64,000 nt of DNA from Candidatus Sulfomarinibacteraceae bacterium (GCA_963796455.1 CAWCLO010000008.1:1-64000), one strand, 5' to 3'. Positions 1 through 11,476 are shown, counted from the stretch's first letter. Made by a program: numbers and translations. The notes: generated by a model not told the origin, from the sequence alone.

Positions 1-67
1 ATACGAATCCTGCCCCCGGTTTGAACAAATCACAAAAACGCCGCCCGTGAGGGCGGCGATTGTGATT

Positions 68-389
68 TGGTTGCGGGGGCGGGATTTGACATCGTGAGGC
101 CATTGGGCCGTTCGTGCCGACGGCACAGCGCGATGCAGATCCTGCCCCCGGTACGAAACGGCTTCGACCGTTTCGTACGAACAACCAGTACGAAAAAACG
201 CGGCGCCGAAGGGTCGAGTGTTGTGTCCTGCTTGTGGGGGCGGGATTTGACATCGTGAGGCCATCAGGCTGTTCGTGCCGAAGGCGCAGCGCGATGCAGA
301 TCCTGCCCCCGGTACGAAACGGCTTCGACCGTTTCGTACGAACAACCAGTACGAAAAAACGCGGCGCCGAAGCGCCGCGAATTGTGTAC
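68..389 (-). repeat. tRNA-3'-end-derived tandem repeat, 161-bp period (2 full units; a third begins at the left window edge)
   Basis: TGGTTGCGGGGGCGGGATTTGA at 68, a variant at 229 and the real tRNA 3' end at 390; unit bodies nearly identical. Confidence 0.9.
354..379 (-). terminator. Intrinsic terminator after tRNA-fMet
   Basis: On the minus strand CGCGGCGC-TTCG-GCGCCGCG followed by T6. Confidence 0.75.
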
Positions 390-466
<77 letters not shown>

Positions 467-469
467 TCA

Positions 470-3506
<3,037 letters not shown>

Positions 3507-3530
3507 AGGGGAAGATTATCACGCAGACGC

Positions 3531-3635
3531 AAATTCAGATTTTGGATTTTGGATTTCGAAATTTTTGCCGCCCTGCCCTTTGGCTCGGGGTGGGTGTTTG
3601 AGAATCCCAAATCCGAATTTCGAAATCCGAATTCT
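3531..3635. repeat. Inverted heptamer-repeat arms (GATTTTG-type / CAAATCC-type) around a short spacer
   Basis: AATTCAGATTTTGGATTTTGGATTTCGAAATT ... AATCCCAAATCCGAATTTCGAAATCCGAATT. Confidence 0.8.
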
Positions 3636-3655
3636 TCCCGGTGTAGAATCTGTCG

Positions 3656-4462
3656 ATGTTTTTGTACCGCGAGGGCGACCCTACAGGCACCTACCTCATC
3701 TCGCAGAATTCGCACGCCTGGTTGGCGTGGCAGATCGCCGAGCACTGGGGCAACCGGTCCTTTGCCCGGCCGGCGCCCCAGGCCGAGGCGCTGGCGGCCG
3801 TTCTGTTGCACGATTGCGGGTGGACTGAATTTGACGAAAAGCCGACCGTTGACGAAAATGGCCGGCCGCGCGCCTTTAACAGGATGCCGATCTCCGAGCA
3901 TCTGGAAATCTGGAGATCGAGCGTTCATCGCACGGCGCAATTCAGTCGATACGCCGGTCTTCTGGTGGCCTCACATTTTGCGTCAATGGCCGAACGCAAG
4001 CTCAGCGATGCCCTCGATCGCGACGATACCGCCGCCGCCCGGCTCAGCAAGTCATTTGGTGCCGAGATGGAAAGATTGGAGGCCACCTGGCAGGAGAAGC
4101 TCGGGGCCGACAGCCGTTATCAGGCGTATCTCTCGGGTTCCGGTCGTTTGGTCAACGCCAAGCTTCTCGATGCATGCGACCGGATCTCGGTCTATCTGTG
4201 TGCGACCCTGCCGGCGCCTTTTACGGTCGGAGCACAGAGTGCCACTGGTGAAACCGAGACCGTTACCTTCGAGACCGTCAACCCAACGACATGGAGAGTC
4301 CATCCGTGGCCGCTGCAGGGAGATCGTCTTCGAATCCACTGTGAAGGAAAACGTTTGGCCCAGTCTTCGTTTGCGAATGCCGCTGAGTTCCAGGAGACAT
4401 TTCGCCGCGCCCCGACGGTACGCCTGGTCTTCAACTTGTTGAGATCTTCGGCCGTCGGTTGA
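3656..4462 (+). CDS. DUF3891-like HD-motif protein
   Basis: ISQxxHAWLAxQIAxHWG and HDxGW motifs. Confidence 0.75.
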   Translation: MFLYREGDPTGTYLISQNSHAWLAWQIAEHWGNRSFARPAPQAEALAAVLLHDCGWTEFDEKPTVDENGRPRAFNRMPISEHLEIWRSSVHRTAQFSRYAGLLVASHFASMAERKLSDALDRDDTAAARLSKSFGAEMERLEATWQEKLGADSRYQAYLSGSGRLVNAKLLDACDRISVYLCATLPAPFTVGAQSATGETETVTFETVNPTTWRVHPWPLQGDRLRIHCEGKRLAQSSFANAAEFQETFRRAPTVRLVFNLLRSSAVG

Positions 4463-4486
4463 CTTTCGCTCGCCCATCTCTACAAT
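4459..4486 (+). promoter_or_regulatory. Sigma70 promoter of tRNA-Asn
   Basis: TTGACT-16 nt-TACAAT. Confidence 0.65.
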
Positions 4487-4505
4487 ATGCGTTTGCCACT
4501 GATGT

Positions 4506-4580
4506 TCCGCAGTAGCTCAATGGTAGAGCGGGTGGCTGTTAACCACTAGGTTGGGGGTTCAAGTCCCTCCTGCGGAGCCA
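4506..4580 (+). tRNA. tRNA-Asn (GTT)
   Basis: TCCGCAGTAGCTCAATGGTAGAGC..CTGTTAA..GGTTCAAGTCC..CTGCGGAGCCA cloverleaf. Confidence 0.97.
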
Positions 4581-4590
4581 GCAATTTCTC

Positions 4591-4618
4591 GCCGGGGTTT
4601 TTCCCCGGCTTTTTCTTT
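4591..4618 (+). terminator. Intrinsic terminator after tRNA-Asn
   Basis: GCCGGGG/CCCCGGC stem plus T-run. Confidence 0.75.
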
Positions 4619-4960
4619 CCCGCGCCCGCGCCTGAATTTGGCAGAGGAGTGGAGGGGCAGGGGGCAGAGGGGCAGGGGGGAAAGGGAGAAAGGGGGAAAG
4701 GGTGGCCGCCTCCGAGCGCGCCCACCACCATCTCACGACCGCTCACAACGGATAGAGCCGCAGATTGTCTGGCCCGATCTGATTTGCGTCCATCTGCGTG
4801 ATCTGCGGTTTCTCCGTCTCTTAGGCTCCGGCCCACCCACTTTCCCGCGTCTGCGCCCAAGGCTGAATCTCGTAGAGGAGCAGAGGGGCAGAGGGGCAGG
4901 GGGGAAAGGGAGCGAAGCGATGCCGGGCAGTGTGTCCCCCGTTCCCCCTTTCTCCCCTTC
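4617..4960. repeat. Duplicated purine-rich octamer tracts (GAGGGGCA/GGGAGAAA) with a pyrimidine counter-arm and an ATCTGCG motif cluster
   Basis: CTGAAT..AGAGGAG..GAGGGGCAG..GGGGGGAAAGGGAG at ~4632-4690 and ~4863-4912; CCCCCTTTCTCCCC at ~4944; ATCTGCGTGATCTGCGG at ~4792. Confidence 0.7.
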
Positions 4961-5101
4961 ATGTCTCCACGCTCCAACATTGCAGAAAACGGCGCGTGGT
5001 GGCGCTGCCTGCTTCGCCCTGTTTTCCGGGCAATCAGGACCGTGTATTCTGGCATTTGCCTGGATCTGACAGGCTCTTGTGAAAAATAGTGCAAAAAGGT
5101 G

Positions 5102-5130
5102 TTGACGTACCCTGTTCCGAGGCGTATAAA
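5102..5130 (+). promoter_or_regulatory. Sigma70 promoter of gdh
   Basis: TTGACG-17 nt-TATAAA; GAGGAGG RBS before the start. Confidence 0.65.
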
Positions 5131-5165
5131 ACGCGCGCGACTGCGCGTCGGCGCGTGAGGAGGCG

Positions 5166-6453
5166 ATGATGGCAACCGAGTTCAACGCATTCGAGATGGC
5201 ACAACGACAATTCGACGCAGTGGCCGACAAGCTACAGCTCGATGAAGGCATCCGGGATCTTTTGCGCTGGCCGCAGCGCGAGTTTCATTTCACCGTGCCG
5301 GTGAGGATGGATGATGGTTCGTTCCGGGTCTTCAAGGGCTTTCGTGTCCAGCACAACGACGCCAGAGGTCCGGCCAAAGGTGGTATCCGCTTCCACCCAC
5401 AGGAAACGGTCGACACGGTGCGCGCACTGGCCACCTGGATGACCTGGAAATGTGCGGTCGTCGACATTCCGCTTGGCGGCGGCAAGGGTGGCGTGATCTG
5501 CGATCCTCACGACCTCTCACCGCGCGAACAAGAAACGGTGTGCCGTACGTGGGTGCGCCAGGTTTCTCGCAACGTCGGCCCGGTCCAGGATGTGCCGGCA
5601 CCGGATGTGATGACCAACCCCCAGCACATGGTCTGGATGATGGACGAGTACGAAAAGCTCGCGGGTGGTCATTATCCGGGGTTCATCACCGGCAAACCTG
5701 TGGAGGTTGGTGGATCCCTGGGACGCACCGAGGCAACCGGCTTTGGCGTGATCTACACGGTTCGCGAGGCCTTGAAGCGTTTCAAGATCCCGGTCCAGGG
5801 AGTTCGGGCCTCGATCCAGGGCTTTGGCAACGTGGCCCAGTTCGCCGCGAAGAAATTGATCGAACTCGGCGGCCAGGTGGTGGCGGTGTCCTGTTGGGAC
5901 AATGATGACCACTGTGCCTACACCTTTGCCAAACCGGACGGGATCGACACCGAGTTCCTGCTCTCGATCACCGATCGTTTTGGCACAATTCACAAGGAGA
6001 AGGCTGAGGAAGCCGGTTACGAAGGTTCTCGAGGGCGACGCCTGGCTCGATCAGGAAGCAGAGATTCTCATTCCGGCGGCGCTCGAGAACCAGATCACCG
6101 GTGACAACGTCGGTCGTATCAACGCCAAGGCCCGGATCGTCGCCGAGGGCGCAAATGGTCCGACGACTCCGGAGGCCGATGCGGTGCTCAAGGAACGGGG
6201 AATCTTCGTCATTCCGGATTTCCTCGCCAACGCCGGCGGCGTCACCTGCTCCTATTTCGAACAGGTGCAGTGCAATACGAACTTCTTCTGGCCCAAGGAA
6301 GAGGTGCTCGACCGGCTCGACCAGAAGATGACCAGAGCATTTGATGCAGTCGCCGATCTCGCGGAAGAGACCGGCGAATTCATGCGTGACGCCGCCTATA
6401 TGATCGCCATTCAGCGGGTGGCGACGGCGTGTCATCTGCGCGGTTGGGCGTAG
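5166..6453 (+). pseudogene. gdhA: Glu/Leu/Phe/Val dehydrogenase (glutamate dehydrogenase) with a +1 frameshift near 6021 (real or sequence error)
   Basis: GPAKGGIRFH, GGGKGG, DVPAPDV, GRTEATG in ORF 5166-6104; [24 protein letters not shown] in ORF 5902-6453. Confidence 0.85.
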
Positions 6454-6456
6454 CAG

Positions 6457-6562
6457 GAGAGTTGAGGTTTGAGTTATGAGTTTTGAGTTCCCTTCCCGGG
6501 ATCCAGCGGTTCCGGGAGTGGGTGGTGGACAACTCAAAACTCAAAACTTAAAACTCAAAACT
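6457..6562. repeat. Inverted heptamer-repeat arms (TGAGTTT / AAAACTC) around a GC hairpin spacer
   Basis: GAGTTGAGGTTTGAGTTATGAGTTTTGAGTT ... AACTCAAAACTCAAAACTTAAAACTCAAAACT. Confidence 0.85.
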
Positions 6563-6584
6563 GAATATTCAATTTTTTCGGCTG

Positions 6585-6612
6585 TTGACCGTCAGTAGTC
6601 GGTTGCTATAAT
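6585..6612 (+). promoter_or_regulatory. Sigma70 promoter of tRNA-Gln
   Basis: TTGACC-16 nt-TATAAT with extended -10 TG. Confidence 0.75.
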
Positions 6613-6624
6613 GCGCGTTCCTGT

Positions 6625-6698
6625 TGGGGTGTCGTCCAACGGCAGGACATGCGGCTCTGGACCGTAGTATCGGGGTTCGAATCCCTGCACCCCAGCCA
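6625..6698 (+). tRNA. tRNA-Gln (CTG)
   Basis: TGGGGTGTCGTCCAACGGCAGGAC..CTCTGGA..GGTTCGAATCC..CACCCCAGCCA. Confidence 0.96.
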
Positions 6699-6708
6699 CT
6701 CAAGTTTC

Positions 6709-6739
6709 TCAGCCCGGCTCTCGCCGGGCTGATTCTTTT
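6709..6739 (+). terminator. Intrinsic terminator after tRNA-Gln
   Basis: TCAGCCCGGC-TCTC-GCCGGGCTGA plus TTCTTTT. Confidence 0.75.
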
Positions 6740-6740
6740 A

Positions 6741-6812
6741 TAGAGGGGCAGGGAAGTAGAGGAGCAGGAGGGCACGGGAAAAAGGGAGAAAGGGAGAAAG
6801 TGGGAAAGGGCG
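6741..6812. repeat. Purine-rich octamer tract (GGGAGAAA-type)
   Basis: AAGGGAGAAAGGGAGAAAGTGGGAAAGGG. Confidence 0.7.
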
Positions 6813-6820
6813 AATCTCGG

Positions 6821-7468
6821 TCAGGATGACAAGGTGGGCACGAGGTTTCGATAGACCACGACCGAGCCCCTTTCGGCACGAATGTGGACGGTTTTCTCGG
6901 TCGCCTCGTTCGAGACGGATGGTTTGCTAGCGGCATCGATCGGGGCATTCTCCAGCGGCCACCTGACCCCGGTGATGGTGACCCTGACGTCCGGATCATA
7001 GGTCCAGAACGACCAGGTCTCGCCAACCTCCGCCGGCAGAAATGCCTCGTCTCGGACCGCCAGTGCGACGCAGTCATCGCCCTCGAAAACCAGGTTTTCT
7101 CCCATCCCCAGTCGAGCCAGAAGACCCAGATTACCGAGATCGTGATCGGTGCGGCTGCCGAGTGCTGCAAGGACCCCGATACGGTCGATGCCGAGGTCGT
7201 CGAAGGCGTATTCGAGGGCCTTGTCGAGGTCGGTGCGATTCTGATCCGGGCGGAGAACCATCCGTTCTTCACCGATCCATCTGCGGGTCGGGTCATTGAT
7301 GGAGTCGAGATCACCGATCACCGCCATCGGTTTGAGGCCGAGCCCGGCCAGGTGATTCGCCCCGCCGTCGGCGGCCAGAAGGACCGCGGCATCGCGAGCC
7401 ATTGCCGCCGTCTTTTCGCTCCATTCAAAGGGTGAACCGGCCACCAGGAGTGCTCGTCCGCCTGTCAT
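6821..7468 (-). CDS. thiN: Thiamine diphosphokinase
   Basis: AADGGA, IGDLDS, DQNRTDLDKAL, GSRTDH, VSNE motifs. Confidence 0.92.
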   Translation of the reverse strand: MTGGRALLVAGSPFEWSEKTAAMARDAAVLLAADGGANHLAGLGLKPMAVIGDLDSINDPTRRWIGEERMVLRPDQNRTDLDKALEYAFDDLGIDRIGVLAALGSRTDHDLGNLGLLARLGMGENLVFEGDDCVALAVRDEAFLPAEVGETWSFWTYDPDVRVTITGVRWPLENAPIDAASKPSVSNEATEKTVHIRAERGSVVVYRNLVPTLSS

Positions 7469-7546
7469 GGACACATGGTACAGGAGGTCATCGATTCGCC
7501 ACTGAGGCAAAACAAAACAACTCTTCAGGTGATAAACTAAGCACCG

Positions 7547-9058
7547 ATGAACGACCCTATTGAAAACCTATCCGGCACGGTATATATCCCCGACACTTCA
7601 GCCCTTATTGAAAACCCCGACGCCTTGGACCGTCTCCTCACGGGCGGCAACATCGTGGTGTTGCTCCACCAGGTGATCGAGGAATTGGGGCGACTGCAGG
7701 CATCGCGGTCGAAATCGGAGGGCGTCCGCCACGCCGCCCGATTGGTGATGCGGAAGATGCTCGAGTATCGCCGGCATCAGCTCATCCACCACAGTATCGA
7801 TCGGCTCTTTTCGCACCAGGAGGATCCGGAGACCTTTCGCCGGACGTCGGCAGGCGGAATTCTGGCCTGGGAGACGGAAGGCACGACGATCGAGCCATAC
7901 AGCGACGAATCCGGAGACAACCATATTCTGGCAAGTGCACGTCGCATCGCCGATGTCGCGAGGTCGAACGGCCACCCCGGTTACGAAGTCGTGGTGATCT
8001 CGGAGGATTCCAATCTCCTCCTCAAGTGTGATGCCATGTCGATCACAGCCGAGAATCTCCGGTACGGCAAGGTCAGCCTCGAAAGCGTCGACCAGATCTA
8101 TCGTGGTGTCGTGGCGGGCGATCTTTCCGAGGATGCGATGCAACGATTCCTCGACAGCGGGGCGCCGGGTGAGCGCAGCCTCGACTTTCACGATGTGGAG
8201 CTTCGCGAAGAGGCCGATCTCGTGTGGAACATCGGGGTTGTCCTCCACTGCGGGGAAGAGAGGCTCCTGACTCGCGCCAACCCGGAGACACAACGTTTCG
8301 AAGACCTGCGCTTCGCCCAATACTGGGATCGCAAGCGGATGACCTACAAACCGCGGCCCATTCTCGGATTCACCCCACGTGATCCGCAGCAGATTCTGGC
8401 CATGGAATTCCTCCTCGACCCCGAGGTGCAGTTGGTGGTTCTCGATGGCCCGGCGGGATCCGGCAAGACCCGGATGATGGTGGCCGCCGGTCTCTACATG
8501 GGTGTCGGTCAGCCGACGACCTGGCGGGTGGCGCCGCAGTCGCAGCCCTTGACCCCGGACTACGGCTACGATCACGGACTGCTCCTGCTCCGGCCCGAGC
8601 ACGCCTCCAGCCAATACGACCTCGGATACCTGCCCGGCGACTACGAAAGCAAGCTGTCACCATGGTTGGAGCCCTTTTTCCAGGCCATCAGATCGCTGTC
8701 GTTATCGAACGATCACGATTTCATGGAAGAGCTTCGTTCAACCGACCGGTTGAACATGATCTCGACCTCGATGCTGCGAGGGCTCGATATCGAGCGTTCG
8801 ATCGTGCTCGTTGACGAAATGCAGAACGGAGACCGCCACCTCGCCAAGACCCTGATGAGCCGCTTTTGTGCCACCTCCAAGGTCGCCCTCGCAGGGTGTC
8901 TCGATCCGGTGCAGATCGACAACCCTTATGTCGATTGGCGGTCCAACGCGCTGACCAGGATCAAAGAGAACTACAAGGGCTTTGGCCCGCAGGTGGCGCA
9001 GGTCCGCCTCGTCCACAACTACCGTGGACCGATTTCGACCAAGGCGGACGAACTCTAG
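7547..9058 (+). CDS. PIN-PhoH fusion (PhoH2-like RNase/ATPase)
   Basis: PIN acidic residues (PDTS, IEEL, GDNHIL, SEDSNL); Walker A GPAGSGKT; LGYLPG; DEMQN; QIDNPY. Confidence 0.9.
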   Translation: MNDPIENLSGTVYIPDTSALIENPDALDRLLTGGNIVVLLHQVIEELGRLQASRSKSEGVRHAARLVMRKMLEYRRHQLIHHSIDRLFSHQEDPETFRRTSAGGILAWETEGTTIEPYSDESGDNHILASARRIADVARSNGHPGYEVVVISEDSNLLLKCDAMSITAENLRYGKVSLESVDQIYRGVVAGDLSEDAMQRFLDSGAPGERSLDFHDVELREEADLVWNIGVVLHCGEERLLTRANPETQRFEDLRFAQYWDRKRMTYKPRPILGFTPRDPQQILAMEFLLDPEVQLVVLDGPAGSGKTRMMVAAGLYMGVGQPTTWRVAPQSQPLTPDYGYDHGLLLLRPEHASSQYDLGYLPGDYESKLSPWLEPFFQAIRSLSLSNDHDFMEELRSTDRLNMISTSMLRGLDIERSIVLVDEMQNGDRHLAKTLMSRFCATSKVALAGCLDPVQIDNPYVDWRSNALTRIKENYKGFGPQVAQVRLVHNYRGPISTKADEL

Positions 9059-9084
9059 AAATTTCGGATTTCGGATTTCGAAAT
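9057..9084. repeat. Heptamer tract (GATTTCG) abutting the element end
   Basis: AAATTTCGGATTTCGGATTTCGAAAT. Confidence 0.75.
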
Positions 9085-9939
9085 CACTGATGTCCTCGAG
9101 TGAGTCTCGGACAACGATCGGGGACAGCGGCGGGGAACGGTAGACAGCGTCAGCGAACAGCGATCGGTGATCAGCGGCAGAATTCAGCTGTCAGCGACAG
9201 CGATCAGCGCTCACGTTTTTGGGTTCAACAGCCGCCAGGTCATCGCACGGACCTGATCGAAGGCGTTCATTGCTTCACTGGCACCATTCCGGCTGATCGC
9301 ACCGGCGTGGGCGAGGAGCATTAAGTGGCTGTCGACCTCTTTGGCCGAGGCGTAGGCGATTCTCCAGTGGTTCAACCGGTCTCTACCGAATCGGCCGTGC
9401 CCTTCTGCCAGATTCGCTGGGACTGAACTTGCCGACCGGATCACCTGATCGGCTATGGACTTCAGAGGAGCTGGAACCCTCATCACGAGCTTGATCGCGA
9501 TTCCTGCTGCTTCGAGTGCTTTCGAGTGGGCAACGAGGTTGGTGGTCGTGGCTGCGTTGGACATGGTCACCTCCGGGTCGTTCATGCCCATATCCACAAG
9601 CCGGTGTGGTGGCCGATGTCAAGGATGCCCTGCACCCTGCCTGTCCTTGACATCGGCCGCCCACCGGCTACCCCTTCTGATGAACGACCCGGAGGTGGCC
9701 ACGCCGTCGCCTGGACTCCTGATCGCTGCCGCTGGACACTGAACGCTGTCCCTGATCGCCGATCGCTGTCCCTGTCCGCTGTTACCTGTCGCTGTCGCTG
9801 GAAACTGTCGCTGCCGCTGCAACGCGGACGCGGACACGGGCACGTGCCAACCGCCAATCGGATATGCCAAAAACCAGCCCATGACCCTTGTGTCTTCACG
9901 TGGGCAAGGTCGGCCGTGGATTTGTAATGGGCAGGAGTA
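9085..9939 (-). mobile_element. Putative full-length TIR-bounded element carrying a four-helix-bundle gene
   Basis: Ends CACTGATGTCC (9085) and, on the reverse strand, TACTCCTGCCCA (9939) match the termini of copies at 34573, 36527 and 55688; CAGCGA-rich and TCGCTG-rich arms. Confidence 0.7.
9211..9564 (-). CDS. Four-helix-bundle protein (23S rRNA IVS protein/Avd-like family)
   Basis: 'DQVIRSASSVPANLAEGHGR...IAYASAKEV' matches the family QxxRAAxSxxxNIAEG..R signature; GGAGGTG RBS before ATG 9564. Confidence 0.9.
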   Translation of the reverse strand: MSNAATTTNLVAHSKALEAAGIAIKLVMRVPAPLKSIADQVIRSASSVPANLAEGHGRFGRDRLNHWRIAYASAKEVDSHLMLLAHAGAISRNGASEAMNAFDQVRAMTWRLLNPKT

Positions 9940-10004
9940 TTTCCGGTCTCTGGATGCCATCCACCGGTACGAATAATCCAGGGGACAGCGTCCGATCTCC
10001 GAAC

Positions 10005-10412
10005 TCAGGTTGCGGCCACCGTTTCAACTTCGAAGTTCGGTGGGTTCTCGAGGGTTTTTTTGACCTTGCATTGCGACGCGACCCGGATCAGCGCGCTGTG
10101 ATACTTCTCCGGAAAATCGGTCGGGACCTCGATGGTGATCTTGACGTCGGTGAGGGTTTTCTTTTCTCCCTCCATGGTCCAGCTCTGGGTGATCCGGATT
10201 CCCTCATGCGGGATCTGCCGCTTCTGGCAGAAGCCGAGAACGTAGATCCCAGAGCAGGTTGCGAGCGAGGCGAGAAAAAGGGCGAATGGTTCGGGTGCTG
10301 ATCCGTCGCCACCGGACTCCGGATCCTGGTCGGTTTCGATCGTGAAACCGTCGTAAATGGCGTTGACCTTTTTGCCGCCGGGAAAGCTCACAGTCATCGA
10401 ATTGTTGCTCAT
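10005..10412 (-). CDS. OsmC family protein
   Basis: TDQ..GGDGSAPEPF.LFLASLATC and QCKVKKTL two-Cys motifs. Confidence 0.9.
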   Translation of the reverse strand: MSNNSMTVSFPGGKKVNAIYDGFTIETDQDPESGGDGSAPEPFALFLASLATCSGIYVLGFCQKRQIPHEGIRITQSWTMEGEKKTLTDVKITIEVPTDFPEKYHSALIRVASQCKVKKTLENPPNFEVETVAAT

Positions 10413-10480
10413 CGGTCCTCCTTCGTCGGGAGGGATTCTAGCCGATATTTGCTTTGAGGCGATGGGGCAATGAGGTGGTG

Positions 10481-10602
10481 GGCTATAGGCCATTAGCTGC
10501 AGGCAATAAGCTATAGGCTATAAGCTATAGGCTATAAGCTATGGGCTATGGGCTATGGGCTATGGGCTATGCGCTATGGGGGATGGGCTATAAGCTATTG
10601 GC
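10481..10602. repeat. Heptamer arm (GCTATRR)n, left arm of the inverted repeat around tlyA
   Basis: GCTATAG/GCTATAA/GCTATGG units. Confidence 0.95.
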
Positions 10603-10603
10603 C

Positions 10604-11350
10604 GTGAGGAAAAAGCAACGTCTCGACGTTATTCTCTCTGAGCGCGGTCTTGCACCGTCACGGGCGCGAGCACAGTCACTGATACTGACGGCGAAAGTTC
10701 GGGTCGACGGCAATATCGAAACCAAGGCCGGCACTCAAATCGATCCGGCGGCCAATATCGAGATAACCATCCCGGACCACCCCTATGTTTCCCGCGGCGC
10801 TCTCAAGCTCGTCGCCGCTCTCGACGAATTCGCGATCTCTCCGGAAGGTCTCGATTGTCTGGACATCGGCGCCTCGACGGGCGGCTTCACCGACGTCATG
10901 TTGCAGCGCGGCGCGCGACGGGTCATCGCCCTTGACGTGGGACGTGGCCAACTCGACTGGCGACTCCGCACCGATGACCGTGTGGTGGTGATGGAAGGAG
11001 TCAATGCGCGCCACCTCGAGACCGATGAACTGCCGTTTGCTGTAGCGCTCGCCACCATCGATGTTTCGTTCATTTCGCTGACCCTCGTGGTGCCCTCGAT
11101 CATTCCCCACCTGCTCCCCGGGGCGTGGTTGGTGTGCCTGGTGAAACCCCAGTTTGAAGCCGGGCGGGACCAGGTCGGAAAAGGAGGTATCGTTCGCGAC
11201 GAAACGATCCGCCGCACCACCATCGATCGAACTGTTCAGAGCATTTCGGAGCTTGGTCTGGACTTTTCCGGAACCATCGAGTCGCCGATTCGAGGCCAGA
11301 AAGGCAATCTCGAAGAACTCGCCGTCTTCAAGAAACCAATACCAGCTTGA
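10604..11350 (+). CDS. tlyA: TlyA rRNA (cytidine-2'-O)-methyltransferase
   Basis: S4 domain (RLD..L..RGL..SR..A), YVSRGALKL, DIGASTGGFTD, DVSFISL, KPQFE, GNxE; start GTG inferred. Confidence 0.95.
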   Translation: MRKKQRLDVILSERGLAPSRARAQSLILTAKVRVDGNIETKAGTQIDPAANIEITIPDHPYVSRGALKLVAALDEFAISPEGLDCLDIGASTGGFTDVMLQRGARRVIALDVGRGQLDWRLRTDDRVVVMEGVNARHLETDELPFAVALATIDVSFISLTLVVPSIIPHLLPGAWLVCLVKPQFEAGRDQVGKGGIVRDETIRRTTIDRTVQSISELGLDFSGTIESPIRGQKGNLEELAVFKKPIPA

Positions 11351-11352
11351 AT

Positions 11353-11450
11353 CTCATAGCCCCATAGCCCCATAGCTCATAGCCCCATAGCCCATAGCCC
11401 ATAGCCCATAGCTTATAGCCTATAGCTTATAGCCTATAGCTTTTAGCCCC
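11353..11450. repeat. Heptamer arm (YYATAGC)n, right arm of the inverted repeat around tlyA
   Basis: CCATAGC/TTATAGC/CTATAGC units. Confidence 0.95.
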
Positions 11451-11476
11451 AGCCCGCAGCCTCACTGCCTGTGTGC

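Noticed and set aside
68..310. Additional tRNA genes
   Set aside because: Only the 3' ~22 nt match the tRNA; no D-arm or anticodon arm
9211..9564. Diversity-generating retroelement or 23S rRNA intervening sequence
   Set aside because: No reverse transcriptase, no TR/VR pair with A-specific differences, and no rRNA sequence in the window
10541..10603. N-terminal extension MGYGLWAMGY... of TlyA
   Set aside because: It is a translation of the heptamer tract; family similarity starts at RKKQRLD
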